From positions 1 through 54,244 of IMG/VR virus record IMGVR_UViG_3300036760_000101: DNA of 54,244 nucleotides; one strand, 5' to 3'. A model generated the notes under the pieces. The model made no database searches. It saw only the letters and a list, made by a program, of their open reading frames with translations, and was not told where the DNA came from. How positions within the stretch are numbered: the stretch's first letter is position 1; each line of letters begins with the position of its first letter. The position numbers and the translations under genes are program-made. This document shows positions 30,333-40,488 of the stretch, piece by piece. The stretch comes from a virus. Lineage: Duplodnaviria; Caudoviricetes.

Positions 30333-31291
30333 TTATATCTTCACCTTATTGCAGATAGCCTCAATCACCATATTTTTATTACCTTCTTCTGGATAATAAA
30401 CATTAATAATAACCTCAGCACAATAATCCCTTTCTCCCAAGTATGCGTTGGCGTATCCAATGGTTAGTTCATCTTTTGAATTTTCCGATAGACTATTCCA
30501 TACGGACATTGGAATACTTCCTACAATTACAAACATAAAACATACAATTAAAAACTGTTTCATTACCCCTCCTTCACATATTCCTTTAATATCCAAAGTA
30601 TTTCAAGTGCCTTCGGAATATCCCTATAGACTTCTATTTCATCTATAATGTCATCTAAGTAACTTTGAAGAATGTCCTTGTGCAAATCCGTGCCTAACAT
30701 TATTACACCTCCCTGCAAATTGGTTCAAGATAAAGTAGAATAGCACACCAGTGACAATATACCTTATCTCCCAAATTAATCATATGCAAATACTTGTCTT
30801 CAAATGTTTCTTCGCATAATTCACATACATAAGTATGGCTTAATACCTCATTACACTTTTCGCAATTACATCCGTTGGCTAACAATTCCCTGCCTCATCA
30901 TCTAATCCAGTAACCTCAATACACTTGCATTTAACCTGCTTCTTCTCACAAAATTCACCTTCATCCATACAGGTAGTTTTTGAAGAAGAAAATACAGGAA
31001 CATGTAAGGCACAGTGTTTACAAAGAGATAGTTTCTTTTCTGCATAATCAATATTGATACAATCCCAATCAGACTTATTACAAATAACACGCATCACATT
31101 CCTTCCTTCCATTTATAATTAAGATAATAATCACCACTATATCTTGTTACAAACTTATCTTTATATATAATTTCTATCTCACCGTAACCAAATTGTATTT
31201 GGTCAATATTATTAGCGTATATACTAATCTCACCATTATAAAGGATAAGATTATAAAAATCAACAAATTTACTGGTTAGACGGTCTACCAT
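30333..31291 (-). CDS. Run of small hypothetical ORFs (30333-30596, 30703-30885, 30879-31112, 31094-31291)
   Basis: Tiled ORFs, several Cys-rich. Confidence 0.5.
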
Positions 31292-32119
31292 TTACTTCTC
31301 CTCCATTCCCCTTTCCCCCTCTGGAAAGAAGCATTTTCTACCAGTTTTCTTACAAAGAACATTTCCTAAATCATCCCATTCGGAATTGTCACATGGGTGA
31401 GTTCCCCTTGGACAATCAGTAAGGGTTTTTTCCAACATTATTATTATTCCTGGGACTGCATCATCTGGAACATCATAAAAACTTTCAAATCCAGAGACAT
31501 ATTCAAGAACATTTCCTATCTTTTCTTTATTTTCTCCTGTTATTTTTTTGATTACTCCGAATAGCCTTACTGCACCCTCTCCTATTTTTTTCTTTTTGGT
31601 TGCTGGTACTGATTCCGTTGTTGGTGGTGGTAATTCCTTCGGTTTTTCTTTTTTACCACCGAGTTCTTCTTCGTATATGGCATCATCATCCAATATTCCG
31701 AGATAAGCCTGATTACCTACACCAAAAAGGGCAGAGGTTTTCTTTATTCCGTTTGTTAATGCTCCCTTAAGTGCATCTCCATAAACAGACGAAAGGTGGT
31801 TTCCAATACATTTTCTTGAAATAGTCACTACTTTGTCAATGTCAGTAAGGTGAATATTGATAGTAACCTCAACCGTTATGTCCACATAGGATTTACCACT
31901 TTGAAATGTTCCGTGGGAAGTCTCTAAAATCTTATAATCATAACTCCACCCATCTACATTGCATGTTTCGTTGAATTTATTTACCACGTACTGATAACCA
32001 TAACCGCTTGTTGAGTATCCCTTTTTAGTCTCGTTTTTATCTGTTTTTTGTATCGCTTCTTTGGGCAATAAAGCAGAAAGTTCTCCATATACTTTTGTTA
32101 TGTCTCCCAATAATCGCAT
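31292..32119 (-). CDS. Rad52/Sak-like single-strand annealing protein
   Basis: YQYVVNKFNE...WSY...DALKGALTNGIKKTSALFGVGNQAY. Confidence 0.75.
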   Translation of the reverse strand: MRLLGDITKVYGELSALLPKEAIQKTDKNETKKGYSTSGYGYQYVVNKFNETCNVDGWSYDYKILETSHGTFQSGKSYVDITVEVTINIHLTDIDKVVTISRKCIGNHLSSVYGDALKGALTNGIKKTSALFGVGNQAYLGILDDDAIYEEELGGKKEKPKELPPPTTESVPATKKKKIGEGAVRLFGVIKKITGENKEKIGNVLEYVSGFESFYDVPDDAVPGIIIMLEKTLTDCPRGTHPCDNSEWDDLGNVLCKKTGRKCFFPEGERGMEEK

Positions 32120-32550
32120 TATTCGCCTTTCTTTAAATATTCAAATAAATATCCCATAGCGTTGAATATAAGACCACATAGGGCATCTTCTATTCCTTCC
32201 CTACTTTCATATCCATCATGCTCTAACCACCAATCTATAAAATGTCTCAATCCAGATTTTATATAGGTATCTAATGGAATACCCCTTTTCCAATTATCCG
32301 ATTCCCTGTAGTTTCCATCAGACTGAATCCTGTGCTTATGTAAATATTCGGCATATCTTTTAAGGACTATGGGAGATAGGAAGCCATGATAATCTAACTT
32401 GTCCCTATCCGTATCTCTTGTAGCTCCCGTATTAAATTTTCTAATATTGCCCTCACCTGAATAAGTAAGTCCTTCATCTGGAATAGCTATTGGTGTCTCA
32501 TAAGAAAAATCATCAACACATACAACCTTATTCCTTGGCATTATCGGCAT
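32119..32550 (-). CDS. dATP/dGTP diphosphohydrolase-like protein (DUF5664-like)
   Basis: FNTGATRD...KLDY..FLSP...DNWKRGIP...SGLRH...LIFNAM. Confidence 0.75.
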   Translation of the reverse strand: MPIMPRNKVVCVDDFSYETPIAIPDEGLTYSGEGNIRKFNTGATRDTDRDKLDYHGFLSPIVLKRYAEYLHKHRIQSDGNYRESDNWKRGIPLDTYIKSGLRHFIDWWLEHDGYESREGIEDALCGLIFNAMGYLFEYLKKGE

Positions 32551-32756
32551 TATTCCTCCACTACTGGATTATTTTTAGCATCATAATCCTGAAATGCCTC
32601 ACCCACCAATCCTGGAATTAAATACGATAGGGCATTAGATACCACCGTTCCCATTGCAAAGTCAGCATCCTTACCCATACGAAGATTTATTTCAGAATTA
32701 CCTGCATTTTTATTATAATCATTGTCATATAATGTTAATTCCAACTTATAATTCAT
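32550..32756 (-). CDS. Hypothetical protein
   Basis: AGGAGG RBS; 68 aa. Confidence 0.6.
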   Translation of the reverse strand: MNYKLELTLYDNDYNKNAGNSEINLRMGKDADFAMGTVVSNALSYLIPGLVGEAFQDYDAKNNPVVEE

Positions 32757-32768
32757 TCCTATTCCTCC

Positions 32769-33173
32769 TTAAAATGGTTCTAAATCGTCAGTATCTTCAG
32801 TTTTAGGTTTATTGGTAACCTTGCCTTCTGGTTTAGGCTCTGACTTGTTTTCCATCTTTTCTTTTGTGGTAATGAATCTCACGACCTGACCAATAATTTG
32901 AATTTTACTTTTCTTATTTCCCGATTTATCATCCCATGTCTGCTGTTGTAATCTACCATCAACCAATACACTACTTCCCTTGCCAGTGTATTGTGAACAT
33001 ATTTCAGCTAATTTTCCAAAGACTACCACATCAATAAACATGGTTTCTTCCTTGTCACCATACTTGTCCCTTACTGCTAAAGTAAAATTTCCAACTGCTG
33101 TCCCTGTTGGCAAATACTTAAGCTCAACATCCCTTACTAAATTTCCAGCCTCAATAACCTTGTTAAAAAACAT
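32769..33173 (-). CDS. ssb: Single-stranded DNA-binding protein
   Basis: NKVIEAGNLVRDVELKY...VDGRLQ...W; acidic DDLEPF tail. Confidence 0.92.
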   Translation of the reverse strand: MFFNKVIEAGNLVRDVELKYLPTGTAVGNFTLAVRDKYGDKEETMFIDVVVFGKLAEICSQYTGKGSSVLVDGRLQQQTWDDKSGNKKSKIQIIGQVVRFITTKEKMENKSEPKPEGKVTNKPKTEDTDDLEPF

Positions 33174-33203
33174 TCTAATTACCTCCCTTTTGATACTTTC
33201 CTT

Positions 33204-33232
33204 AGTGTATCACAAATTTTTAAAAATGTCAA
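33204..33232 (-). promoter_or_regulatory. Sigma70-type promoter for ssb
   Basis: TTGACA-N17-TACACT with extended TG. Confidence 0.75.
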
Positions 33233-33242
33233 GTCCTTTCTT

Positions 33243-33395
33243 TGGGTGGATACAATTTAGGGGACACCCATGCCCTATATATATAATATACATTAATAAG
33301 TCTTTTCAGAATAAATACTTTTTCTATTCTGTAATATATATTATTTAAACTAATATATATTATATAAGTTATTAGTAAGAGAAAAAAGTATTTAT
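33243..33395 (-). other. Origin-like module A (inverted repeat, AT-rich core, one iteron-like motif)
   Basis: 13-bp IR at 33311-23/33383-95; two TAATATATATTA; minus-strand GGTGTCCCCTAAATTGTATCCAC. Confidence 0.6.
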
Positions 33396-33409
33396 AGGCT
33401 GAGTACATC

Positions 33410-33891
33410 CTATTTTAGTTCCTTTGGAACATTTCCCAATATACCATGAAGAATTTGAATATCAGAATTAGGGAATACAACCTTAAGCCTTGCAAAAAAC
33501 AATTTCTCGTCTTCCTGTAGGGTAGTCACTGATTGTAATTTACCATCCCTATAAATCGCTATTTCATTTTCTAAGATTTTTATTCTATCACTCATCTCTT
33601 CCTCCATCACCACACCACTTGTCTATAAGATAAGTAATTATGAATAAAATTATAAAAATAGGAAACATGTTTTCCCAACTAAACCACTCTGCCATTATTG
33701 CCCCTTTCTTATTCATGGTTTTTACAGAAAAATGGTTGTTCATATTCCAAAACATTCCTACCGCATTCAGGACAAACGAATCCTTCCCTTAGCCTTGGAG
33801 TTCTTTTACTATAACATATTTCTTTGGAAATGTCAAGGTCTATTTCTTCTGGAAATACGGCTTCATTAAATAAATCTACCAAATCTTTCAT
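33410..33891 (-). CDS. Small hypothetical ORFs (33410-33613, 33709-33891)
   Basis: ORF track; the second has CPEC...CKNH. Confidence 0.5.
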
Positions 33892-33894
33892 ATT

Positions 33895-34743
33895 TTACCT
33901 CACTTTCTTAATCAAAACATCATGTAAATCTTTAAGTTTTTCACCAAAGCCCATAATATTATACCTTATTTTGTATTGCTCACACAATATCTTTCCTTTG
34001 CTTAATGCCTCCCTTCCTGCACTGTCATTGTCGAGTGCAAATATAATAAAGCTCGGTTTATACTGAGAAAATAAATAATTAAGTTTATTAATGTTTCCTG
34101 TTCCATTTAAAGAACAAAGAGATATGCTTTTATCTTGCAATAATCTATCACCAGCTAAGGCATCTATTATGCTTTCTGTAATAAGAAATTTAGACGTATC
34201 CCTTCTTAATAACCATAGGGTCTTAACTCCTAAACATATTCTTTTATGTCCCTCAATAGACCTACATTCAAGACCTATTATATTCTCAGGAAAGGGCATG
34301 GGTATTCCTATAAAATCCACAAGACCATGACGATATATCAAACACTTCATTTCTGGATAATAATTAACATGCTTAGAATTAAAGTATTCCTTAATGGAAG
34401 GTTCTTGTTCTATAGAATAATGATTTTTATATACTTCCTTAATCCATTTTATTTTTTGAGTTCTTTTCTCTTTCCTGTCTGTAAGTTCAGGGGTGATACT
34501 TTCTATTGGAGTTAGGTCTAACTCACCAGCAAGGAAAGCCTTAGCATCCTCAAAGGAAATATCCCTAATGTCCATAACAAAATTAAAGGCATCTCCTGTT
34601 TTGTGACATCCAAAACAATGATAAATAGTTCCCTTAAGCCAACAGGAAGGCTCAAGCTCCTCATGGAAAGGACATATAATCATATTATTATGATTAACTT
34701 CAAAACCTAATTGTTCGGCTACTTCCCTTAAGAAATACTTCAT
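33895..34743 (-). CDS. DNA primase (CHC2 zinc finger plus TOPRIM)
   Basis: CPFHEE..PS...HCFGC; ITESIIDA; LDNDSAG; KDLHD. Confidence 0.85.
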   Translation of the reverse strand: MKYFLREVAEQLGFEVNHNNMIICPFHEELEPSCWLKGTIYHCFGCHKTGDAFNFVMDIRDISFEDAKAFLAGELDLTPIESITPELTDRKEKRTQKIKWIKEVYKNHYSIEQEPSIKEYFNSKHVNYYPEMKCLIYRHGLVDFIGIPMPFPENIIGLECRSIEGHKRICLGVKTLWLLRRDTSKFLITESIIDALAGDRLLQDKSISLCSLNGTGNINKLNYLFSQYKPSFIIFALDNDSAGREALSKGKILCEQYKIRYNIMGFGEKLKDLHDVLIKKVR

Positions 34744-35031
34744 TGTATTAGTTCTTTTCGGTATTTAATAGCTCATTAACCCTATCTACTAATTTTTGCA
34801 AAACAAGATTATTACCAAAGTCCTTTTCAAATTCAATTATTTCCTTGAGGGATGCTTTTATATTCATATGTTTTATTACCTGTAAGTCAAACATTTATTT
34901 CTCCTTATAATTTTTTGTAGGTTTTAAAAGTTTCAATGGCTTCGGTTGTTTATTAACAGACCTTCCCCTTCTTCTTGCTTCCTGAGCCTTGTCTTTGATG
35001 CTTTGCCTTGTTCTGATGGTTATATCACGGC

Positions 35032-35220
35032 TCACTTAATTTTCTCCTTTCTATGGCATATGCCATTCTCAATTAAGTTCATCGCATTTCTACCGAACCA
35101 TCCCTGTAAAGACCAGCATAGTCCAGTATCAATAAGATATTGCCATGCCTCAATATATTGCCCTTCGCTATCACACTCAACAAATCCTTCGGCTATTCCT
35201 ACAGCGTCATACGATGTCAT
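35032..35220 (-). CDS. Small conserved phage protein
   Basis: WQYLIDTGLCWSLQGWFGR motif. Confidence 0.7.
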   Translation of the reverse strand: MTSYDAVGIAEGFVECDSEGQYIEAWQYLIDTGLCWSLQGWFGRNAMNLIENGICHRKEKIK

Positions 35221-35458
35221 TTTTCTTCTCCTTTACTTTTTGCATTTCTTTCTTTGTTCTTCTATGAATTATAGGGTCTTTTGCGATATGCTTTCTCCAT
35301 GAATCGCACTTATCCTTACGGCTACATTTCTTTTTACATATTGCCCTTTCCCTCCATGATTCTTCACGATAACAATATAGATATATCCTACCATTATCGC
35401 ATATCATTGCATTGTTAAAGGCTATACCAGTTTCTTCGTCAATTATTGGTTTTTCCAT
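35207..35458 (-). CDS. Hypothetical protein
   Basis: GGAAGG RBS; Cys-containing. Confidence 0.55.
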   Translation of the reverse strand: MEKPIIDEETGIAFNNAMICDNGRIYLYCYREESWRERAICKKKCSRKDKCDSWRKHIAKDPIIHRRTKKEMQKVKEKKNDIV

Positions 35459-37074
35459 TTTCCTTCCTTTTTTATATTATTAATACTAACTTCCCTTATT
35501 TTCCTATTTTTGTAAATAGTTCGATATATGCTTTATATTCTTCTATTTGTTCTTCTGTAAAATTATGTTCCTTTGCTATTTTTAGTCCTTCTCCTTTGGA
35601 CACTGTAATTGATAATAGAAACAAAGTACATCAAGCGCAAAGTTAATTGTAAATACTGTGTTCATACTACTGGAATACTATAAATAGATATATTGTTATT
35701 ATCACAATATACCTTAACATGCTTAACCCATAACCAAACATCTAAAGCAGACATGGGATTCTCCCAATATTCTAACTGCATTTTCCGGATAGTAAGATAT
35801 AGTTGTTTCATTTCATTTTACTTATCCCTAAAGGTTATAACTCTTTTACCATTTTTCTGGTATCTTACGCCGATAACGTGTTGACACAAACATTCCTTAT
35901 CGGGATTGATAACATTAAGACATACTGGACAGCAACAAAAAGCCTTTGTTTTTTTAACCATGATAATCTCCTTTCCTCCGATTTTAAATTGTTAATAGTT
36001 GAAATGTTCATGTCATTAAATATAGCAAGTCCCATGCCACCTTAAAAAAGCCATAACCCATTGATAAGATTCGATAATGGAAAATCTTTTAATGGCATAA
36101 TGACAGATAATGTTATTTTGGAAGACGAATCTTGTCAAATTCAATCTGGTCTGAATCATCAAATCTAATAATGAATAGATTACTACTTCCAGTAAAGGAT
36201 TGAATACAAGGCATTTAGACAATGGCATGTCAATAGCATATAGCATAGCATGTTATTAATAGTTAATAATCAGTTATGGTGAAGATAAACTATAAAAAAT
36301 AATAAGCGGCATAACATCCAATAAACCATAACCATATTTAATCCGTTTTTAAACCGTATCTAAACTGCATCCAAAAGATACAATGCGCTTCCAATAGTAT
36401 AGCGTATCGAAACACAATACTATAGAAGGTATGTTTAGGGGTAACAAGTGGTGACAGTGTTTCAATGGAATAATAGAAATGTAGATATATCAATATAGTG
36501 TGTCATTTTTGATACAGTTGAGTCGAGTCATATTAAGTATATTGATACGGTAAGGCTCACTATATAGAGGTCTACTACATGTATGATATACCCTACACAA
36601 TCACCACCCCATAACCGCACATGTGAATAAATAACACACCACTATCTCTTATAGCACCCATTAGCATCTCTTATAGAATAGACATCATGTATTACTTTAA
36701 GAGATAAGGGTAACTCATGGGATAATAACAATACTTTATGGTAGAGGAGGGGGTATTCCGCATTTCCAAAAGAGACCCCCTACCACCACAATCATCTCAA
36801 TCACATGTATAATAGGCATCAAAATAAATTGTTACACCATAACATTAAGTTAACAACGTAACCCCTTGATTTCATTAGACTTCTATAATAATACCTATAG
36901 AAAACAACCCCCCTATTCCCAAAATGGTATATCCTGGTAATGTAACCCATTGTCAAATTTGGATTTTCTATAGAAAATATAATAGGACTTTATAAGGCAA
37001 ATAAGTCCAATTCATTTTTTGATAGGTGTATGGAATATCATACAGTCATTTTCAAAAAAGCTGTACACATCCCG

Positions 37075-37157
37075 TAAGAGTATCTTCTTTAACTAATAAA
37101 TTATCTAATATATATTATTTAATATAATACATATTAAAGAGTAAGAAGATACTCTTA
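37075..37157. repeat. 15-bp perfect inverted repeat around an AT-rich core (origin-like module B)
   Basis: TAAGAGTATCTTCTT (37075-89) / AAGAAGATACTCTTA (37143-57). Confidence 0.9.
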
Positions 37158-37207
37158 TGTATTAGTATTATATATATAATATATATTATAGCGGAACAAT
37201 TTAGTGA

Positions 37208-37318
37208 TGTCCTCAATATTGTATACACCCAGGGTTCCTGTAACGTATTGATTCATGGTTCTTTCTTGAGTGGGGTGTCCTCAGTATTGTATACAGGTGT
37301 CCTCAATATTGTATCCAC
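37208..37318 (+). repeat. Three iteron-like 20-bp direct repeats
   Basis: TGTCCTCA(A/G)TATTGTAT(A/C)CA at 37208, 37276 and 37298. Confidence 0.85.
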
Positions 37319-37388
37319 ATGTTATATTCCATGTGCCAAACACGACATGTGCAGCCTACTTATGTCTTATAAAATATAACAATAAGTA

Positions 37389-37418
37389 TTGACATAATAC
37401 TACCCCATATGTTATACT
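37389..37418 (+). promoter_or_regulatory. Sigma70-type promoter starting the + arm
   Basis: TTGACA-N18-TATACT with extended TG. Confidence 0.75.
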
Positions 37419-37424
37419 AATAGA

Positions 37425-37589
37425 ATGGAAGAAGAAACATACATAGGTAGTGGTAGGGTAATGGTTACCGTTATTGACGATAAACTTACCATTATGACAG
37501 ATTGCCCTAAGTGTGGTAGGCTTCTTCAAAAGAAAGAATATATCGCAATCGTAACATGTTTTTGCGGATATGTTTGGCAGGAGTGGTAA
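37425..37589 (+). CDS. 54-aa zinc-ribbon protein, possibly leaderless
   Basis: Translated by hand: ...CPKCG...TCFCGYVW. Confidence 0.55.
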   Translation: MEEETYIGSGRVMVTVIDDKLTIMTDCPKCGRLLQKKEYIAIVTCFCGYVWQEW

Positions 37590-37590
37590 G

Positions 37591-37794
37591 ATGGAATGTA
37601 AGGAATGTGGTTTATCTCTGGAACTCGATAGTTACCAAAATACAGATGGTGATGTAATAGTCACTCTGTATTGTAACGACTGTGATAAGTATTTTCCTGT
37701 TAAGACCAAGGGGGAACTTAGGGAAATACTTAATGACGAAGAGTTGGCTAATTATCTTCCAGTTGATGTAATCTTTGAAATAAATAAATTTTAA
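37591..37794 (+). CDS. Zinc-ribbon protein
   Basis: CKEC...CNDC. Confidence 0.6.
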   Translation: MECKECGLSLELDSYQNTDGDVIVTLYCNDCDKYFPVKTKGELREILNDEELANYLPVDVIFEINKF

Positions 37795-37810
37795 CCTTTA
37801 GGAGGAAACA

Positions 37811-38575
37811 ATGTTTTCTGTTTTAGAGATACCTATTGCCATTGCCGTGAGTGGCACAAGTTTTAATAGTGACCCTGTTTATATTCCAGAAGGGGTTAGG
37901 GTTTTGGGTTGGGAGTTTACCACCCCAGATTATACAGTTGCCCGAACAACTACTATGTCTATTGTGTCTGCTGCTGGAAGGACTTTAGTTTCTGGCTCTG
38001 CTATTAACGAAGCAACTGCAAGCGTTAAACTTTGTGATGAGACGGAAGCCCCTGCTGTATTCTCAGGGTTCTATCTTAATGCTGCACTTAGTGGTGCTGC
38101 TGGTGGAACAGACCCATATACTATGAGTGTTATTCTCTATGTTGAAACTGGAGATAGTGGGGCATTAATGATTCCATCTGGTTTGGTTGCTGCAATGAGT
38201 TTTCAGACACAGGCAGATGCTTTACTTAGTCAAGCTACTCCAGTTCAAAATACTTGGTATACTATTCTTGATACAGTTCATTACGCTAAATTATTTGGGA
38301 TAGCTATTGCCGTTGCTACAACTGGAGAAACCTTAGAAGTAAGACTAACGGTAGATGGTAATGTATACACTGGAAGTCAGGTCGCTGTCGCTGATACTGC
38401 ATATAAGGCAAATCCCTATACTGCACCAACTGGAACTTATTTACTTATGACTACTTCTTCAATACAAAATAGTAATGAACTTGAAGGAAGGTCTTTGAAG
38501 GTTGAGGTTAGAAAAACAACCGCAGCAGGTACGGGAACAATAACTGGTTGCGTTACTTATGCACAGAGAGGATAA
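37811..38575 (+). CDS. Beta-rich putative virion protein
   Basis: AGGAGG RBS; T/A/S/G-rich, apparently two domains. Confidence 0.6.
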   Translation: MFSVLEIPIAIAVSGTSFNSDPVYIPEGVRVLGWEFTTPDYTVARTTTMSIVSAAGRTLVSGSAINEATASVKLCDETEAPAVFSGFYLNAALSGAAGGTDPYTMSVILYVETGDSGALMIPSGLVAAMSFQTQADALLSQATPVQNTWYTILDTVHYAKLFGIAIAVATTGETLEVRLTVDGNVYTGSQVAVADTAYKANPYTAPTGTYLLMTTSSIQNSNELEGRSLKVEVRKTTAAGTGTITGCVTYAQRG

Positions 38576-38576
38576 A

Positions 38577-38954
38577 ATGGAACTAAAGAAAGAAAAAATC
38601 TCTTTATTGGAATTGGTCAATATGCAGCCAACACTCAGGAAGATGGTGACTAAGGAGTTACCTGCGAAGTTGGCTTATCGTTTGGCAAAACTTATTAAGA
38701 ATTTAGAAACCGAATATACTTCATATGAGGAAACAAGAAAGAAGCTCGTTGGGAAATATGGAGATAAAGAAGAAGATAATAGTATCTCGGTTCCTCCAGA
38801 TAAGATTGATGTATTTATGGGTGAACTTAACGAGGTATTAAAAGAGGAAGTAGAAATAACTTACATTCCATTCTCTCTGGATGAGATAGAAAAAATAGAG
38901 CTTACAGTTCAGGATATTGTTAGTATTGAAAGATTCTTGGTAGGGAAAGAATAA
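38577..38954 (+). CDS. DUF1617-like protein
   Basis: ELPAKLAYRLAK...RKKLVGKYG. Confidence 0.55.
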   Translation: MELKKEKISLLELVNMQPTLRKMVTKELPAKLAYRLAKLIKNLETEYTSYEETRKKLVGKYGDKEEDNSISVPPDKIDVFMGELNEVLKEEVEITYIPFSLDEIEKIELTVQDIVSIERFLVGKE

Positions 38955-39245
38955 ATGAATAAACTCTGGTCTGAATTAGTAAGAATATTTCCACTATTGC
39001 TAATCATCCTTGCTGCCATTGTAGTATTTGGTGATGTCTCACAATTGCAAGTTCAATTATATCAACTTTCTATGGTTGCATTTGTAATCATAGCCTTTCA
39101 TATTGCAAGGCAGGTTTTATTTCCCTATATAGACATTAAAGAGATTGTAGCATATACAAAGTATAATGCTATAGCATCTGCTATGGTATTTGTGGGAATG
39201 TTGATATTTATTATAGTAATAATTTATATGGGGGTCATTAAGTAA
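38955..39245 (+). CDS. Putative holin
   Basis: Three TM segments; R..LFPYID motif; upstream of the endolysin. Confidence 0.65.
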   Translation: MNKLWSELVRIFPLLLIILAAIVVFGDVSQLQVQLYQLSMVAFVIIAFHIARQVLFPYIDIKEIVAYTKYNAIASAMVFVGMLIFIIVIIYMGVIK

Positions 39246-39309
39246 TGGTTATTTTTTTAATAATACTTGCCGTTGCACTATACGTTGTATTTATTGATAG
39301 GATTACGAG

Positions 39310-39555
39310 ATGAGTGAATTTGATATTAAAAAATTAAGAAAAAATCAATATGAGATAGATGAGAGAAAAAATTATATTGTTCAGGATATTGAATGTTGCC
39401 TTAATTGTTCCTATAGGGGAAACGAGGTAGATGGTGCAATATCTTGTAGGATGCACAGATTTCATAGAATCGGAGAATCATATTGGTCATTTCCAGTAGA
39501 TAACCTTGGTAAGTGTGATAAATATTTTGATGAAAGATTGTATAGATTAAAATGA
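39310..39555 (+). CDS. Cys-rich hypothetical protein
   Basis: CCLNC...C...CDKY. Confidence 0.6.
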   Translation: MSEFDIKKLRKNQYEIDERKNYIVQDIECCLNCSYRGNEVDGAISCRMHRFHRIGESYWSFPVDNLGKCDKYFDERLYRLK

Positions 39556-40238
39556 AAAAAGTTACTAAGGATTCATTGATAACTTGGGGTATTGTAACTG
39601 GAATAATTATTTTTCTTTGGTTAGTGGTTATGGTTCAACATGCGTTTCCAGTTACTATGCTTGATAAAGCAAAACCATATCTTCCAGTTGTAAGGGAAGT
39701 TGTTCATAAATATTGGACAGACGTAAAAAATGAACACTACATTTGTGGTCAAATTGAACAGGAATCTGGATGGAAGAAATATGCAGAACTAAAAACTTCA
39801 AGAGAATATGGTTTTGGACTTGCTCAAATAACAATAACCCCAAGATTCAATAATTTCCTTGAAGCAAGAAAAAAAATAAAGGAACTATCTGCATGGAATT
39901 GGGATGATAGATTTAATGAGAAATATCAATTAACCTACCTTACCTTAACCGACAAAAGTAACTTTCAGCAAATGCTGAAACTGCTTAATTCAGTGAAAGA
40001 TATATGGGCTGGAACTCTTGTCAGTTATAATGCTGGTAAGGGGACAGTCCTACAGAGGAGAGCCTTGTGTGCATCCTCTGTAGGCTGTGATAAAACAAGA
40101 TGGTTTGGTGGATTAGATTCTGTAAGAATGAATTATGAAAAGAGGGTACTATACGGTAAGGAAGTGGGTAATATGAGAAATGAATACCCACATGTAATAA
40201 TTTTTGTAAGAAGTCCAAAATATAAAAATGTCATTTAA
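39552..40238 (+). CDS. Endolysin: SLT-type lytic transglycosylase with an N-terminal TM/signal
   Basis: QIEQESGW (catalytic Glu), GLAQI, SYNAG. Confidence 0.85.
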   Translation: MKKVTKDSLITWGIVTGIIIFLWLVVMVQHAFPVTMLDKAKPYLPVVREVVHKYWTDVKNEHYICGQIEQESGWKKYAELKTSREYGFGLAQITITPRFNNFLEARKKIKELSAWNWDDRFNEKYQLTYLTLTDKSNFQQMLKLLNSVKDIWAGTLVSYNAGKGTVLQRRALCASSVGCDKTRWFGGLDSVRMNYEKRVLYGKEVGNMRNEYPHVIIFVRSPKYKNVI

Positions 40239-40488
40239 TGATTTCTTAAATCAAGCATATCTAATAGCTGGTGCATTTGCTGTAAGGGAATTTGCTGCTT
40301 GGGGATTCAGGAAAGTATTCAGTGGTGGAAATGCCCTTATTACAAAATTAGATTTTGAAAAAGAAAAGGCACTTCTGGTATCTTATGAAGATTATCAGAA
40401 AGATACTGATAAGTTAGATAAGCGACTTGAGGAAATTTGGAAGAAAGTTGATTTTCTTGTGGAGTTAGAAATTGAAAAGAGCAAATAA
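40228..40488 (+). CDS. Small membrane/coiled-coil protein
   Basis: N-terminal hydrophobic stretch; C-terminal coiled coil. Confidence 0.55.
   Translation: MSFNDFLNQAYLIAGAFAVREFAAWGFRKVFSGGNALITKLDFEKEKALLVSYEDYQKDTDKLDKRLEEIWKKVDFLVELEIEKSK

Larger units (their letters stand above)
36250..37420. other. Large non-coding divergent control region
   Basis: No ORF of 60 aa or more; strand-switch point. Confidence 0.75.

Noticed and set aside
35446-36246. ORFs 35446-35646, 35693-35884, 35803-36045 (+) and 36016-36246 (-)
   Set aside because: No RBS or motifs; the + strand ones oppose the local gene direction; probably spurious.
37208-37318. Mini-CRISPR array
   Set aside because: Only three 20-bp repeats with unequal gaps (48 and 2 bp) and no cas genes; fits iterons or operators better.
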